64,000 nucleotides of DNA from an uncultured Bacilli bacterium (lineage in GTDB: Bacteria > Bacillota_I > Bacilli_A > RF39 > UBA660): assembly GCA_944355255.1 (NCBI GenBank), contig CALVQD010000003.1, forward strand, positions 1,292 through 65,291. Reading direction: 5' to 3'. Under the pieces are notes generated by a model that saw only the letters and a program-made list of their open reading frames with translations, had not been told where the DNA came from and ran no database searches. Numbering within the stretch: the stretch's first letter is position 1; each line of letters opens with the position of its first letter. A program made the position numbers and the translations under genes. This document shows positions 41,444 through 51,526 of this stretch, piece after piece.

Positions 41444-43831
41444 ATGCGTGTTAGTAAGAGTTTTTTAAATGATTATATTAAAGTAGATGATTTAGATTTT
41501 AACGAAGTTGCAAATAAAATGGTTCTTGCTGGAAATGAATATGAAAGCGTCGAAAAAATAAGTGAAGCTACTGGTATTGTCGTAGGACATGTATTAGAAT
41601 GTGAAATGCATCCTGAAAGTAAAAAACTTCATATATGTAAAGTAGATTTAGGAAATGAAGTTGTACAAATCTTATGTGGTGCTCCTAATATGAGACAAGG
41701 AATTAAAGTTCCTGTAGCAACAGTAGGAGCTAAATTACCAAATGGAATGGAAATAAAAAAGGCAAAATTAGCTGGTATGGATTCTAATGGAATGTGTTGT
41801 TCTTTAGAAGAATTGGGAATTGAATCAAAGTACATGAGTGAAGAAGATAAAACTGGTATTCATGTTCTTCCAGATGATGCTCCAGTTGGTGCAGATGCGA
41901 TTCATTACATGGGATATGATGATGAAGTAATTGACTTTGAATTAACTGCTAATCGTGGAGATTTATTAAGTATTTTAGGTATGGCCCATGAAATAGGAGC
42001 TATTTACAATCGTCCAGTTACTTATCCAGAAAATCAGCCTAAAGTATTAAAAGAAAATATTAATGATAATATGACAATTGATGTTCAAACAGAAAATTGT
42101 CCAATTTATCTAGGAAAAATTGTCAAAGATGTTGTGATTAAAGATAGTCCAGAATGGATGAAAGAACGTCTTATGGCAAGTGGAATTCGTTCTATTAACA
42201 ATGTTGTAGATATTAGTAATTATGTGATGTTAGAGTACGGACAGCCACTTCATTTCTTCGATAAAGATCGTCTTGGCGATAAAGTAATCGTTCGTATGGC
42301 CGAAGAAAATGAGAAACTAAAAACATTAGACGGTCAAGAAAGAACATTAAAGACAAGTGATATAGTCATTGCAAATGAAAAAGAAGCAGTTGCTTTAGCA
42401 GGAGTTATGGGTGGTCTTTCTACAGAAGTAGAAATGGATACGAAAAATATTTTTGTTGAAGCTGCTATCTTTGAGCCAATTCATATTCGTTATACAGCAA
42501 AATCCATATTACGTAGTGAAGCATCTAGTAGATATGAAAAAGGAATTGATCCAAATAGAACCAAAGAAGCATTAAATAGAGCTTGTTATTTACTAGAAAA
42601 ATATGCTGATGGAAAAGTATATGATGGAATCTTAACACATGATAAAACAAGTAAAGAAGATAAAAAAATTGAAGTTACTTTAGATAAAATCAATGCAGTA
42701 CTTGGAATGGAATTAAAAAAAGAAGAAGTTATCGATGTATTTACTCGTTTAGGATTTAAAGTAAAAGAGAATCATGCAGTATTTCATGTTTCAGTACCTA
42801 CTAGAAGATTAGATATCAATATTAAAGAAGATCTTATTGAAGAAGTAGGTAGAATTTATGGCTATGAACATGTTGTTGGAAAACTTCCTGTTTTAGAGAC
42901 AAAAGAGGGAAGTTATTCTAAAAAAGAATTATTAACAAAAGAGTTACATCATCGTTTACAAGGATTAGGACTAACAGAAGTTATTACATATTCTCTTGTT
43001 AGAAAAGAAGATGTCAATAAATATACAAACTATCAAAATGAGGATATTACATTATTAGATCCATTAACAGAAGATAGAAAATATTTACGTAAGAGTTCAA
43101 TTCCATCTCTATTAAATGTTTGGGAGTACAATATTAGTAGAAATCAGAAGAATGTTGCAATCTATGAATCTGGAAATATCTATTATAAAGAAAACGAAGA
43201 ATATATAGAAAAACCAATGATTTCAGGATTATTATATGGAATTGGAACAAATAATTTATGGCAACAAGAAAAAATTGTAGTAGATTTCTATTATGTGAAA
43301 GGTATTATTGAAAATATCATGAAGTATTTAGGTTTAAATAACCGTTATTCATTTGATACCAACAATTTACCAAAAGAATTCCATCCAGGAAGAAGCTGTG
43401 CATTATTAATCGATCGCGAAGTCGTTGGATATTTTGGTCAAGTTCATCCTACAGACTGCAAAAAAGAAGTATATGTATTTGAATTAGATCTATTAAAAAT
43501 CATGTCTCATAAAGTACGTATGGTAAAATATAAAGAAGTATCTAAATATCCAGCAATCCATAAAGATGTCGCATTCATTGTGGAGAAAAAAATAACATCA
43601 AAAGAAATCATGGATGTCTTAAAACATGTAGGTGGACGTATGGTAACAAATATTGATGTATTCGATGTATATACTGGAGAAAATGTAGGAGCGAATGAAA
43701 AATCAATCGCATATTCTATTACATTTGAAGATGCAACAAAAACATTAACTGATGAAGAAGTAATGAAAGTATTTAATAAAATGATTGATGAAGTAGAATC
43801 TAAATTAAATGCAAGAGTAAGAGACAAATAA
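41444..43831 (+). CDS. pheT: phenylalanyl-tRNA synthetase beta subunit
   Basis: 795 aa. tRNA-binding domain, B3/4, B5 and the anticodon-binding FDV domain. Immediately follows pheS. Confidence 0.93.
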   Translation: MRVSKSFLNDYIKVDDLDFNEVANKMVLAGNEYESVEKISEATGIVVGHVLECEMHPESKKLHICKVDLGNEVVQILCGAPNMRQGIKVPVATVGAKLPNGMEIKKAKLAGMDSNGMCCSLEELGIESKYMSEEDKTGIHVLPDDAPVGADAIHYMGYDDEVIDFELTANRGDLLSILGMAHEIGAIYNRPVTYPENQPKVLKENINDNMTIDVQTENCPIYLGKIVKDVVIKDSPEWMKERLMASGIRSINNVVDISNYVMLEYGQPLHFFDKDRLGDKVIVRMAEENEKLKTLDGQERTLKTSDIVIANEKEAVALAGVMGGLSTEVEMDTKNIFVEAAIFEPIHIRYTAKSILRSEASSRYEKGIDPNRTKEALNRACYLLEKYADGKVYDGILTHDKTSKEDKKIEVTLDKINAVLGMELKKEEVIDVFTRLGFKVKENHAVFHVSVPTRRLDINIKEDLIEEVGRIYGYEHVVGKLPVLETKEGSYSKKELLTKELHHRLQGLGLTEVITYSLVRKEDVNKYTNYQNEDITLLDPLTEDRKYLRKSSIPSLLNVWEYNISRNQKNVAIYESGNIYYKENEEYIEKPMISGLLYGIGTNNLWQQEKIVVDFYYVKGIIENIMKYLGLNNRYSFDTNNLPKEFHPGRSCALLIDREVVGYFGQVHPTDCKKEVYVFELDLLKIMSHKVRMVKYKEVSKYPAIHKDVAFIVEKKITSKEIMDVLKHVGGRMVTNIDVFDVYTGENVGANEKSIAYSITFEDATKTLTDEEVMKVFNKMIDEVESKLNARVRDK

Positions 43832-43837
43832 AACAAG

Positions 43838-43866
43838 GCACCAATTTAATTGGGGCCTTTTTATTG
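43838..43866 (+). terminator. rho-independent terminator after pheT
   Basis: Hairpin ggcaccaatttaattggggcc followed by a T-run. Confidence 0.55.
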
Positions 43867-43914
43867 ACTTTTTGAGTTTAAAATAGTATTCTGTTTACAA
43901 ATAGAGGTGGTTTT

Positions 43915-44277
43915 ATGAACGAAAAATATACGTTTACATATGAAACAAAACCAACAGAGCAAAATATTGATTATATGTTTCAACGCTTTCTTTTGCCAAT
44001 TATTATTGCTATGCAGTATCAACCATACCAAACATATTGGAATGAATATCATCAATTATTTAATATTGTAAAACATTGGATTGGTATTTATTATAATCAT
44101 CATGATTTAACTAAAATAGATTGTAATGAATTAAAACAAGTTGATTCACTCATTGCTGATTTAAAATTTGAATGTTTAGCAATCGATACTACATATATTG
44201 AAGAAATTGATATTTGGCATGGAGAATTTTTGCAAATGTGGAAACATTGTATTGAAAAAGATAGGGAGAAAAAATAA
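43915..44277 (+). CDS. hypothetical protein (120 aa); possibly the 5' part of a frameshifted gene
   Basis: ORF with SD. Overlaps the next ORF by at least 35 nt in another frame. Confidence 0.4.
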   Translation: MNEKYTFTYETKPTEQNIDYMFQRFLLPIIIAMQYQPYQTYWNEYHQLFNIVKHWIGIYYNHHDLTKIDCNELKQVDSLIADLKFECLAIDTTYIEEIDIWHGEFLQMWKHCIEKDREKK

Positions 44278-44851
44278 AATATCTGAAGAAAGTAAAATTA
44301 AATTAAAAGATGGTACTGTTATTAAAATTACAGGAGGAGAAGAAAAAAAGAATGCATCTATATCTATTTATGAAGGAGATTATAAAAATAAAGATGATCA
44401 TTCAGCAATACATATTAACATAAATACAGAAACCGGAAAAGGTTATATTGTAGAACATGGACCAAATCACACAAATAAAGAGAAAACGGATATAGAATGT
44501 TACTTAACTACTGCTTGTATGAAGAGTTTGGAATCTCAATTTGATGATGATTGTTATGAATTAAGAGTTCTAAGATGGTTTCGTGACCAATTAGTAATGG
44601 AAAATGATATAAAGTATTATTATCAAGTAGCACCTATTATTGTAGAAGCAATTAATCAATTGGAACCAAATAAAATAATTTATAATCAAATATATAATAA
44701 TATTGTTAAATACTGTGTGAATAAAATCGAAAGTGAAAAATATGAAGAAGCATATAATCGATATAAAAATAGTATATTATATTTTGAAGAACAATTTGCA
44801 AGACCATTCTTGACTAAGAAACTTGTAAAAACTTTGAAAAAAATAAAATAA
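44219..44851 (+). CDS. hypothetical protein (about 210 aa); possibly the 3' part of a frameshifted gene
   Basis: Cys-containing segment CYLTTACMKSL. No assignable family. Confidence 0.4.
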   Translation: MENFCKCGNIVLKKIGRKNKISEESKIKLKDGTVIKITGGEEKKNASISIYEGDYKNKDDHSAIHININTETGKGYIVEHGPNHTNKEKTDIECYLTTACMKSLESQFDDDCYELRVLRWFRDQLVMENDIKYYYQVAPIIVEAINQLEPNKIIYNQIYNNIVKYCVNKIESEKYEEAYNRYKNSILYFEEQFARPFLTKKLVKTLKKIK

Positions 44852-44880
44852 AAGGCATCAATTATTTTGATGCCTTTCCT
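44852..44880. terminator. terminator hairpin (copy 1 of a 24-nt repeated hairpin)
   Basis: aaaggcatcaattattttgatgccttt. Confidence 0.65.
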
Positions 44881-44982
44881 AAATTGAAATTTCAAGCAAA
44901 AAACATTTACACAATTAGTGAAATGTTTGGATTTGCAGTGGAATGGACTTTATAAAAAGTATGGAACGAAGGTGGAGTATAA

Positions 44983-45501
44983 ATGGCAAATGTACAATTA
45001 ACTCATCAAAATTATAAACATGAGCAAAAAAAGTTTCCAATTTATTTAGTATTAGATAACATAAGCGATATTGTTAATGTTGGTAGTGCTTTTCGCTTGT
45101 CTGATGCTTTAGGTGTTCGTAAAATATATATTTGCGGTACTAAACCAATAGATATTTTAAAGAAGAAAAAGTTAACTAGAGTTTCTAGAAATACGATTAA
45201 TTATGTGGATTATGAGATTTATGATGATACGAAAAAATGCATTCATGATTTACAGCTGCATAATATTATTGTTTTAGCTTTAGAATTAACAAATCAAAGT
45301 ATTCCTATACAAAATTATAGTTTTGAGAAAAAGAAGGCTTATGCATTTGTGGTTGGTAATGAGCAGGATGGAGTTTCTCAAGAGGCATTAGATACGGTTG
45401 ATGATACAGTACATATTGATATGTTTGGTAATAATTCTTCTATGAATGTATCTGTAGCTACTGGAATTGCCATATCACAATGTGTAAATAAAATTAGATA
45501 A
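44983..45501 (+). CDS. SpoU/TrmH-family RNA 2'-O-methyltransferase (short form)
   Basis: SPOUT motifs LVLDNISDIVNVGSAFR, VVGNEQDGV, MNVSVATGI. Confidence 0.75.
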   Translation: MANVQLTHQNYKHEQKKFPIYLVLDNISDIVNVGSAFRLSDALGVRKIYICGTKPIDILKKKKLTRVSRNTINYVDYEIYDDTKKCIHDLQLHNIIVLALELTNQSIPIQNYSFEKKKAYAFVVGNEQDGVSQEALDTVDDTVHIDMFGNNSSMNVSVATGIAISQCVNKIR

Positions 45502-45599
45502 GGAATGCTATTTTGAAAAATAATGAACGTAGTAATATTTTGCAGGGGAAAGATAGTAACGAGGATAGTGAGATAAATTTAACAACCTATATAGATAAA

Positions 45600-45632
45600 A
45601 AAGGCATCAATTATTTTGATGTCTTTTTTTCT
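45600..45632. terminator. terminator hairpin (copy 2 of the repeated hairpin); overlaps the gatD stop codon
   Basis: aaaggcatcaattattttgatgtcttttttt. Confidence 0.65.
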
Positions 45633-46357
45633 TCGATAAATTCTTTATAATAGTTTTCCATAAAAGTATCATGAGCTTTTTTCTCTAATTGAAGAGAAAA
45701 ATTTTTGAGTTTGAAATTTGGATCTTTTGAAAGAATTATTTTTTTGACAAAGTATTTTAATAATTCTGGATTACGAACTAATAATGGTCCAATTAAATAA
45801 GTACCATAAAATTCATATTCGTGAATTCCTTCTTTTTTAGAGTTTGGGTAAGATCCTGTTCCTTTTAATACATGAAATAGGGGATTTTTATTTTCTCTCA
45901 TGACACTATTTTGATTTTGAAATCCAAGTACTGGTTCTTTTACTAAATCACACTGGAATAATGCTTCATCGGCAATACGGAAGTTTTCCTGTTTTGCAAA
46001 ATAAGGGAAAATATTTAATGCCTTTATTTTTTTCTTATCAGCTGTTAAAATATATCGTCCAAATAGTTCGATAGCATTTCCGGTAATTAAGAATAGTTTA
46101 TTTTGATGAATTGCTATTTCAATTTCTTCTTTATACTTTAATAGATGTTTTAAAACTAGTTTCTGATTTTCTTCTGTTCCAGCTCCGATATAGACGATAT
46201 CATATTCTTTAAAATCTAGTTCATCATCAATTGTAAGTAATGATAATTTAACAGATACATCTTGTGCTTCAAGTTGTGTTTTTAATGCTTTGATATTTCC
46301 ATTTTCTCCATATAAATTCATTAAATCATAGTAAAGGTGAGCGATTTTAATTTCCAT
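45611..46357 (-). CDS. gatD: lipid II isoglutaminyl synthase, glutaminase subunit (CobQ/CobB-type GATase)
   Basis: N-terminal IAHLYYDLMNLYGENGN, typical of GatD. Adjacent to murT. ATG 46357 has SD AAGGAAG. Confidence 0.8.
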   Translation of the reverse strand: MEIKIAHLYYDLMNLYGENGNIKALKTQLEAQDVSVKLSLLTIDDELDFKEYDIVYIGAGTEENQKLVLKHLLKYKEEIEIAIHQNKLFLITGNAIELFGRYILTADKKKIKALNIFPYFAKQENFRIADEALFQCDLVKEPVLGFQNQNSVMRENKNPLFHVLKGTGSYPNSKKEGIHEYEFYGTYLIGPLLVRNPELLKYFVKKIILSKDPNFKLKNFSLQLEKKAHDTFMENYYKEFIEEKKTSK

Positions 46358-47687
46358 GTTTATCACTTCCTTTCATGAGATTAGAAAATGGTTTTACGTA
46401 GTCGAAATTTAAGATGGCAAAGATATCTCCTTTCGTTCTTCGATTTAAGTAAAATACTGCTTCTTCTAAATTTTCGAATACGACAATTTTTTTCTCATCG
46501 ATTCCAGCGTATTTCATTCTTGTTGCAATGTCATAACGGTTAATTCCAACACATACTACTTTTTCTAGGTGAGATTCTTTTAAAAGTTCAAAATCAATAT
46601 CATATAGCCAAGATAAATCATCGTATTGATATCTTCTACTAATTTCTTTCCAACCAATGACAATGGTTTTTAATTCTTTAAAACGTATGGTATATGCAAT
46701 AGACTGGTTGAATGTGGTACTGTTTTCATTTTTATTATTTAATACATGGATGTTACGTTTTCCTACTGTAAAGAAATTTTCTTTGGAAGCGTGTCTAGAT
46801 ATTTTTGTTAGTTGTTCTGCAATTTGTGTTTCCTTTTTACCTAAACAAGCAAGTAGAGTATAACAAGCTAGTGTATTATAAGCATTATAGAGTAAAGTTG
46901 GTTTTAAATAGATTTCATGTTTTTTGTTAATTATCATTTTTGATTTTTCTAAATTTAAACTTGTTATCTCGTAATGAGGAGTTGGTCTTTGAAATTGTTT
47001 ACAACTACAATAATAATCTCCCAGTGCTTCAAATTGATAGTAGTGATATTTTAATTTCTTATGGCAGATTGGACAATGGGAGATATTTAAGTTTTCATAC
47101 TTAGAAGTAGTACTAGAGTATTTATTTTTACCAATTCCATAATAAGTAATTTGGCATCCATGTTTTTCAAATTTTTGAAGATAAGGATCGTCTGCATTTA
47201 AAATCAAATGCATGTTTGGCTCAAGTGCTTTTTCAATTTCTGTAAAAACTTTATCAAAATGTCCTTGACGTGGTGGTTGGTCTCTTGTGATATTTGTAAT
47301 GATTACGTGTTGTGGATGAATTTGTGGAAATACAAATTTTGTATATCGTTCATCGACTTCACATACCAAATAATCTGCTTTAATTTTACCACTCACTGTC
47401 GCATAATTTAATAATAATGTCAAAATACCAGCATCTAAATTAGAGCCTGATTCATTGTGGGCAACAGTGTGTCCATCTTCTCTTAATATATGTGCGATTG
47501 TTTTGGTAATACTCCCTTTACCACTAGAACCTGTTACTGCAATTACATGTTCTGGCAGTTCTAATTTTGATAACATATTTTTATCGAATTTTAATATCAT
47601 TTGTCCTGGTAAAGAACTACCTCTTCCTAAAAGTTTTCCACCAAAACAGAGTAATTTTCCAAATACAATTAAGAATCTTTTTTTCAT
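46347..47687 (-). CDS. murT: lipid II isoglutaminyl synthase, Mur-ligase-like subunit
   Basis: Mur ligase P-loop AVTGSSGKGS. Cys4 ribbon CPICHKK...CSC. C-terminal DUF1727-like region. Confidence 0.8.
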   Translation of the reverse strand: MKKRFLIVFGKLLCFGGKLLGRGSSLPGQMILKFDKNMLSKLELPEHVIAVTGSSGKGSITKTIAHILREDGHTVAHNESGSNLDAGILTLLLNYATVSGKIKADYLVCEVDERYTKFVFPQIHPQHVIITNITRDQPPRQGHFDKVFTEIEKALEPNMHLILNADDPYLQKFEKHGCQITYYGIGKNKYSSTTSKYENLNISHCPICHKKLKYHYYQFEALGDYYCSCKQFQRPTPHYEITSLNLEKSKMIINKKHEIYLKPTLLYNAYNTLACYTLLACLGKKETQIAEQLTKISRHASKENFFTVGKRNIHVLNNKNENSTTFNQSIAYTIRFKELKTIVIGWKEISRRYQYDDLSWLYDIDFELLKESHLEKVVCVGINRYDIATRMKYAGIDEKKIVVFENLEEAVFYLNRRTKGDIFAILNFDYVKPFSNLMKGSDKHGN

Positions 47688-47816
47688 ATACTTCTCCCCC
47701 TGAATTCATTATAACATAAATAAAAAAATTGTCATATAAAAAGAAGTTGTTTCCTTTCCTTTGTTTTTGATACATAACCATTTATTTCAGTCATAAAATG
47801 TGATAGGTGATTCTTT

Positions 47817-48056
47817 ATGGAAATGATGTCAAAAATACGTTCTTATTTGTTAGAAACGGAATTTTCAATGCACTGTTATGAAGATCAAATTGATATTGTG
47901 AATTATAAAGAAATTAGTCGTATTAGTGATACGGGAATTGATATTTTAAGTGCTCAGAATCGAATTGTAATTACAGGAAAAAATTTAACAATTACAAGGC
48001 TTTTGGAAGATGAAGTACTAATCAAGGGGAAATTTGAAAAAATAGAATTTAGGTGA
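47817..48056 (+). CDS. yqfC: YabP/YqfC family sporulation protein
   Basis: 79 aa. Motif ITGKNLTITRLLEDEVLIKG. Position immediately upstream of yqfD. Confidence 0.65.
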   Translation: MEMMSKIRSYLLETEFSMHCYEDQIDIVNYKEISRISDTGIDILSAQNRIVITGKNLTITRLLEDEVLIKGKFEKIEFR

Positions 48057-49264
48057 TATCGATGAGTTTTCATAAGTTTATAGAGAGACAAAATCGTATT
48101 CAATTACGGGTTGAAGGAAAAAATTTAGAACGATTTTTAAAGAGATTGATTTCTCATAAAATTTCTTTATTAAATATAAAAAAAATAAACCGTAAAACAC
48201 TATTGATTACAATTTATGAGAAAGATTATGAAAAGTTAAAGGAATTAAAGACAACTTACCATATATCTATTATAGATACTTATGGAGTAAATCGTATAAA
48301 AAAGAAATGGAGAAAAAATCGCGTTTTACTCTTTAGTATTTTTTTTGGACTGGCAGTTTTAATGGTACTTTCTAATTTAATTTACCAAGTTGAAATTGTA
48401 TATTTGGATAAAGATGTCCGTGAGTTTTTAAAGAAAGAATTAAAAGAGGAGGGAATTGATCGTTATCAGTGGAAGAAAAATTATCAACAATTACAACAAA
48501 TTAAACAAAAAATATTAAAAAGAAATCAAGATAAAATTGAATGGATGGAAATAGAAGCAGTGGGTACAAAGTATGTAATACGTGTAGAAATGAGAGAATT
48601 ACCAGAAGAAAAGAAAACAAACGGAATACGTCATATTGTAGCAAAGAAAGATGCGATTATAAGAGAAGTAGTTGCATCAAAAGGAGAAATCGTAAGGAGA
48701 AATAACGATTATGTAAAAGCCGGGGATGTTGTAATTAGTGGTGAAATTAAATTGAATGATGAAGTGAAAAATAAAGTGAGTGCTGAAGGAACGGTATATG
48801 GAGAAGTTTGGTATGAAGTAGAAGTAGAAATTCCATATCATTATTACGATGTTAAAAAGACGGGAAGAACGAATACGGTGTATACGATTGAATATTTTAA
48901 TCAACGTTTTGAATTATTTAATACAAAACCATTTCGTCAAAAAGAATGTAAAGTAGATAAGATATGGGAACACTTTGTTTTACCTATCCGTTTTCAAAAA
49001 GAAGAGCAGACGGAAGTGATAAAAACAGATAAAGTACTTACTAAAAATGAAGCAGTTCAAAAGGCTGTTGAACTAGGAATTGATAAAATGGAAGAAAACT
49101 TAACAAAAAAAGAGAAAATAATTGACGTAAAAACTTTGAAAACAACGCAAAAAAATAGTAAAATGGTAGTAGACATGTTTTTTACTGTTTATGAGGACAT
49201 TACTGCTTATGCAGAAGTAAAGGAAACAGAAGAGGAGAATCATGTAGAAAACGCCCAAGAATAG
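48053..49264 (+). CDS. yqfD: sporulation protein YqfD (stage IV)
   Basis: About 400 aa with one central TM helix. Translationally coupled to the YabP-like gene. Synteny with B. subtilis yqfC-yqfD. Confidence 0.65.
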   Translation: MISMSFHKFIERQNRIQLRVEGKNLERFLKRLISHKISLLNIKKINRKTLLITIYEKDYEKLKELKTTYHISIIDTYGVNRIKKKWRKNRVLLFSIFFGLAVLMVLSNLIYQVEIVYLDKDVREFLKKELKEEGIDRYQWKKNYQQLQQIKQKILKRNQDKIEWMEIEAVGTKYVIRVEMRELPEEKKTNGIRHIVAKKDAIIREVVASKGEIVRRNNDYVKAGDVVISGEIKLNDEVKNKVSAEGTVYGEVWYEVEVEIPYHYYDVKKTGRTNTVYTIEYFNQRFELFNTKPFRQKECKVDKIWEHFVLPIRFQKEEQTEVIKTDKVLTKNEAVQKAVELGIDKMEENLTKKEKIIDVKTLKTTQKNSKMVVDMFFTVYEDITAYAEVKETEEENHVENAQE

Positions 49265-49277
49265 GAAGTGAGCGTAT

Positions 49278-49895
49278 ATGTTACAAGAAACTGTATTAAA
49301 TATCTTTGAAAATAGTTGGCCTATGATATTTATTTTTTCTATGATTATTATTTCGATGAGAATTACTTATGTTGTAAAATACGATAAACATATTGTATTT
49401 TATAAAGATGTATTGGGATTAATGTTTATTATATATATACTGTGTTTATTTCATGTAGTTACATTTCAAGATGTTACTTGGTCAACTTCTAATTTTATTC
49501 CATTTAAAGAAATGTTTCGCTATCGTTTCGCATCTTCTTTATTTTTTAGAAATGTACTTGGAAATATGTTGATGTTTATTCCATTTGGTTTCTTTGTTTC
49601 TTATTTTTTAAAGTTGAAAAAACCATATTCTATTGTATTACTTAGTTTATTAATTTCTAGTACTATAGAAACGACACAATTACTGATTGGTCGTGTATTT
49701 GATGTAGATGACATTATATTAAATGTCATAGGTGGTGTCATTGGATTTGCCATTTGGTGGATTCTTTCTAAAATTCAGAGTCATCTCCCTGCCTTATTGA
49801 AAAAAGATGCATTTTATAATATAATAATATCGCTTATATTGTTATTCTTGTTGTGGCAATTGTATCAGATTATTAATTTAGGGGGAGCGGTATGA
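49278..49895 (+). CDS. VanZ-family membrane protein
   Basis: Polytopic. VanZ-like motif NVLGNMLMFIPFGFF. Confidence 0.65.
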   Translation: MLQETVLNIFENSWPMIFIFSMIIISMRITYVVKYDKHIVFYKDVLGLMFIIYILCLFHVVTFQDVTWSTSNFIPFKEMFRYRFASSLFFRNVLGNMLMFIPFGFFVSYFLKLKKPYSIVLLSLLISSTIETTQLLIGRVFDVDDIILNVIGGVIGFAIWWILSKIQSHLPALLKKDAFYNIIISLILLFLLWQLYQIINLGGAV

Positions 49896-50341
49896 ACGAA
49901 GTAGAAATTATAAAAGAAGTGAATTGTGATTGGGAAGAATTAGAAGAATTAGAAAATTATATTGATTTTGTACTTTCTTATGAGAAATTAGACCATGTAT
50001 TATTTAATGTTATTTTAGTAGATGATGCGTATATCCATAAAATAAATTTAGAATATCGTGGTATGAATCGGCCAACAGATGTGATTACATTTGCTTTAGA
50101 AGATGAGAAAAGTGTACAAGCAAAAGACATACGGGTATTAGGAGATATTTATATTTCGGTTGATCGTGTAGTGGAACAAGCAAAAGAATATGGACATTCT
50201 AGAAAAAGAGAATTATTCTTTTTAGTAACACATGGTATATATCACTTACTAGGATATGATCATATGACGAAAGAAGAAGAAAAAATAATGTTTGAAAAAC
50301 AAGAGAAGGTGTTAAACGAATATGGAATTACAAGAAAATAA
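49892..50341 (+). CDS. ybeY: rRNA maturation RNase YbeY
   Basis: Metal-binding HGIYHLLGYDH motif. Confidence 0.9.
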   Translation: MNEVEIIKEVNCDWEELEELENYIDFVLSYEKLDHVLFNVILVDDAYIHKINLEYRGMNRPTDVITFALEDEKSVQAKDIRVLGDIYISVDRVVEQAKEYGHSRKRELFFLVTHGIYHLLGYDHMTKEEEKIMFEKQEKVLNEYGITRK

Positions 50342-50726
50342 AAAATATAAAGCAAGTGTAAAGGGATATTTGAAAGGGTTTTCTTATGCGATAGATGGTT
50401 TAAAATCGGCTTATAAAAACGAACAGAGTATGACGATTCATTTTTTTACAACGATATTGATTATCATACTTTGTATTGTTTTAAAAGCAACTCCAATTGA
50501 ATGGGCAATATCGATTGTATGGCTAGGATTAATTGCTGGAATGGAATTGATCAATACCGCTTTAGAAGCAGTAATTGACCTCATTTGCCCTAAGATTCAT
50601 CCGCTTGCGAAAATAGGCAAAGATACGGCATCTGGAGCAGTTGCACTGTTATCTTGTTTGGCATTCTTATTTTGGGCGATTTTATTTGGACCAAGGTTAT
50701 TAAATCTTATAACAAGTTTGTTTTAG
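50322..50726 (+). CDS. dgkA: diacylglycerol/undecaprenol kinase (DgkA family), copy 1
   Basis: Three TM helices. Motifs ELINTALEAVIDL and IHPLAK. Confidence 0.8.
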   Translation: MELQENKKYKASVKGYLKGFSYAIDGLKSAYKNEQSMTIHFFTTILIIILCIVLKATPIEWAISIVWLGLIAGMELINTALEAVIDLICPKIHPLAKIGKDTASGAVALLSCLAFLFWAILFGPRLLNLITSLF

Positions 50727-50739
50727 GTGGTGAAAAGAT

Positions 50740-51135
50740 ATGAACGAAGAAAAGAGAAAAGAAATTAAAAAAAGAGGAATTAAGAGATTTATTAATAGTT
50801 TTCATTATTCATGGGATGGTATTAAATATGCTTTTAAATATGAACAGAGTATGTTCATTCATGTACTAATGACATTACTAGTAGTTGTCTGTGGAATTGT
50901 ATTAGAATTGAATTTTCAAGAATGGCTCTTATGTATTATTTTAATTGGACTTGTTATTGCAACAGAATTAATTAATACAGCGATTGAAGCAGTTGTCGAT
51001 CTTGCTTGCCCAGAAATTCATCCGCTTGCGAAAACAGCAAAAGATACGGCAGCAGCTGCAGTATTTGTATTCGCATTAACTGCACTTTTATGTGGACTAT
51101 TCTTATTCTTACCAAAAATTATCGCATTATTTTAG
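50740..51135 (+). CDS. DgkA-family kinase, tandem paralogue (copy 2)
   Basis: Same motifs (ELINTAIEAVVDL, IHPLAK). About 50% identical to copy 1 by eye. Confidence 0.8.
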   Translation: MNEEKRKEIKKRGIKRFINSFHYSWDGIKYAFKYEQSMFIHVLMTLLVVVCGIVLELNFQEWLLCIILIGLVIATELINTAIEAVVDLACPEIHPLAKTAKDTAAAAVFVFALTALLCGLFLFLPKIIALF

Positions 51136-51142
51136 GTGAAAT

Positions 51143-51526
51143 ATGAGAGAAAAATTAGAAACATTATTAAAAAATAGTTATAGTCCATATTCTAAGTTTC
51201 CAGTGGCAGCCATTGTTGTTATGAAAGATGGAAATGAATTTTCAGGTGTCAATGTAGAAAATGCCTCTTATGGAGCAACTATTTGTGCTGAGAGAAGTGC
51301 CATTGTAAGTGCCATTAGTCATGGATATCATAAATATGATTTTAAAAAACTATATATTATGGTAGATACAGAAAAAGTAAGTACTTGTTGTTTTTTATGT
51401 CGCCAAGTAATTACAGAACTATTTGATAAAGATATAGAAATTGTATGTATGAGCCAAACAGAAGAGAAAGTATTTACAGTAAAAGAGTTATGCCCATATC
51501 CATTTGATGAGGATGATTTAAAATGA
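51143..51526 (+). CDS. cdd: cytidine deaminase
   Basis: CAERSA zinc-binding motif and CxxC. Confidence 0.9.
   Translation: MREKLETLLKNSYSPYSKFPVAAIVVMKDGNEFSGVNVENASYGATICAERSAIVSAISHGYHKYDFKKLYIMVDTEKVSTCCFLCRQVITELFDKDIEIVCMSQTEEKVFTVKELCPYPFDEDDLK

Noticed and set aside
47688-47816. Sporulation sigma-factor (sigE/sigK) promoter upstream of yqfC
   Set aside because: catata...cataaaatg fragments are suggestive, but no confident -35/-10 match could be made by eye.
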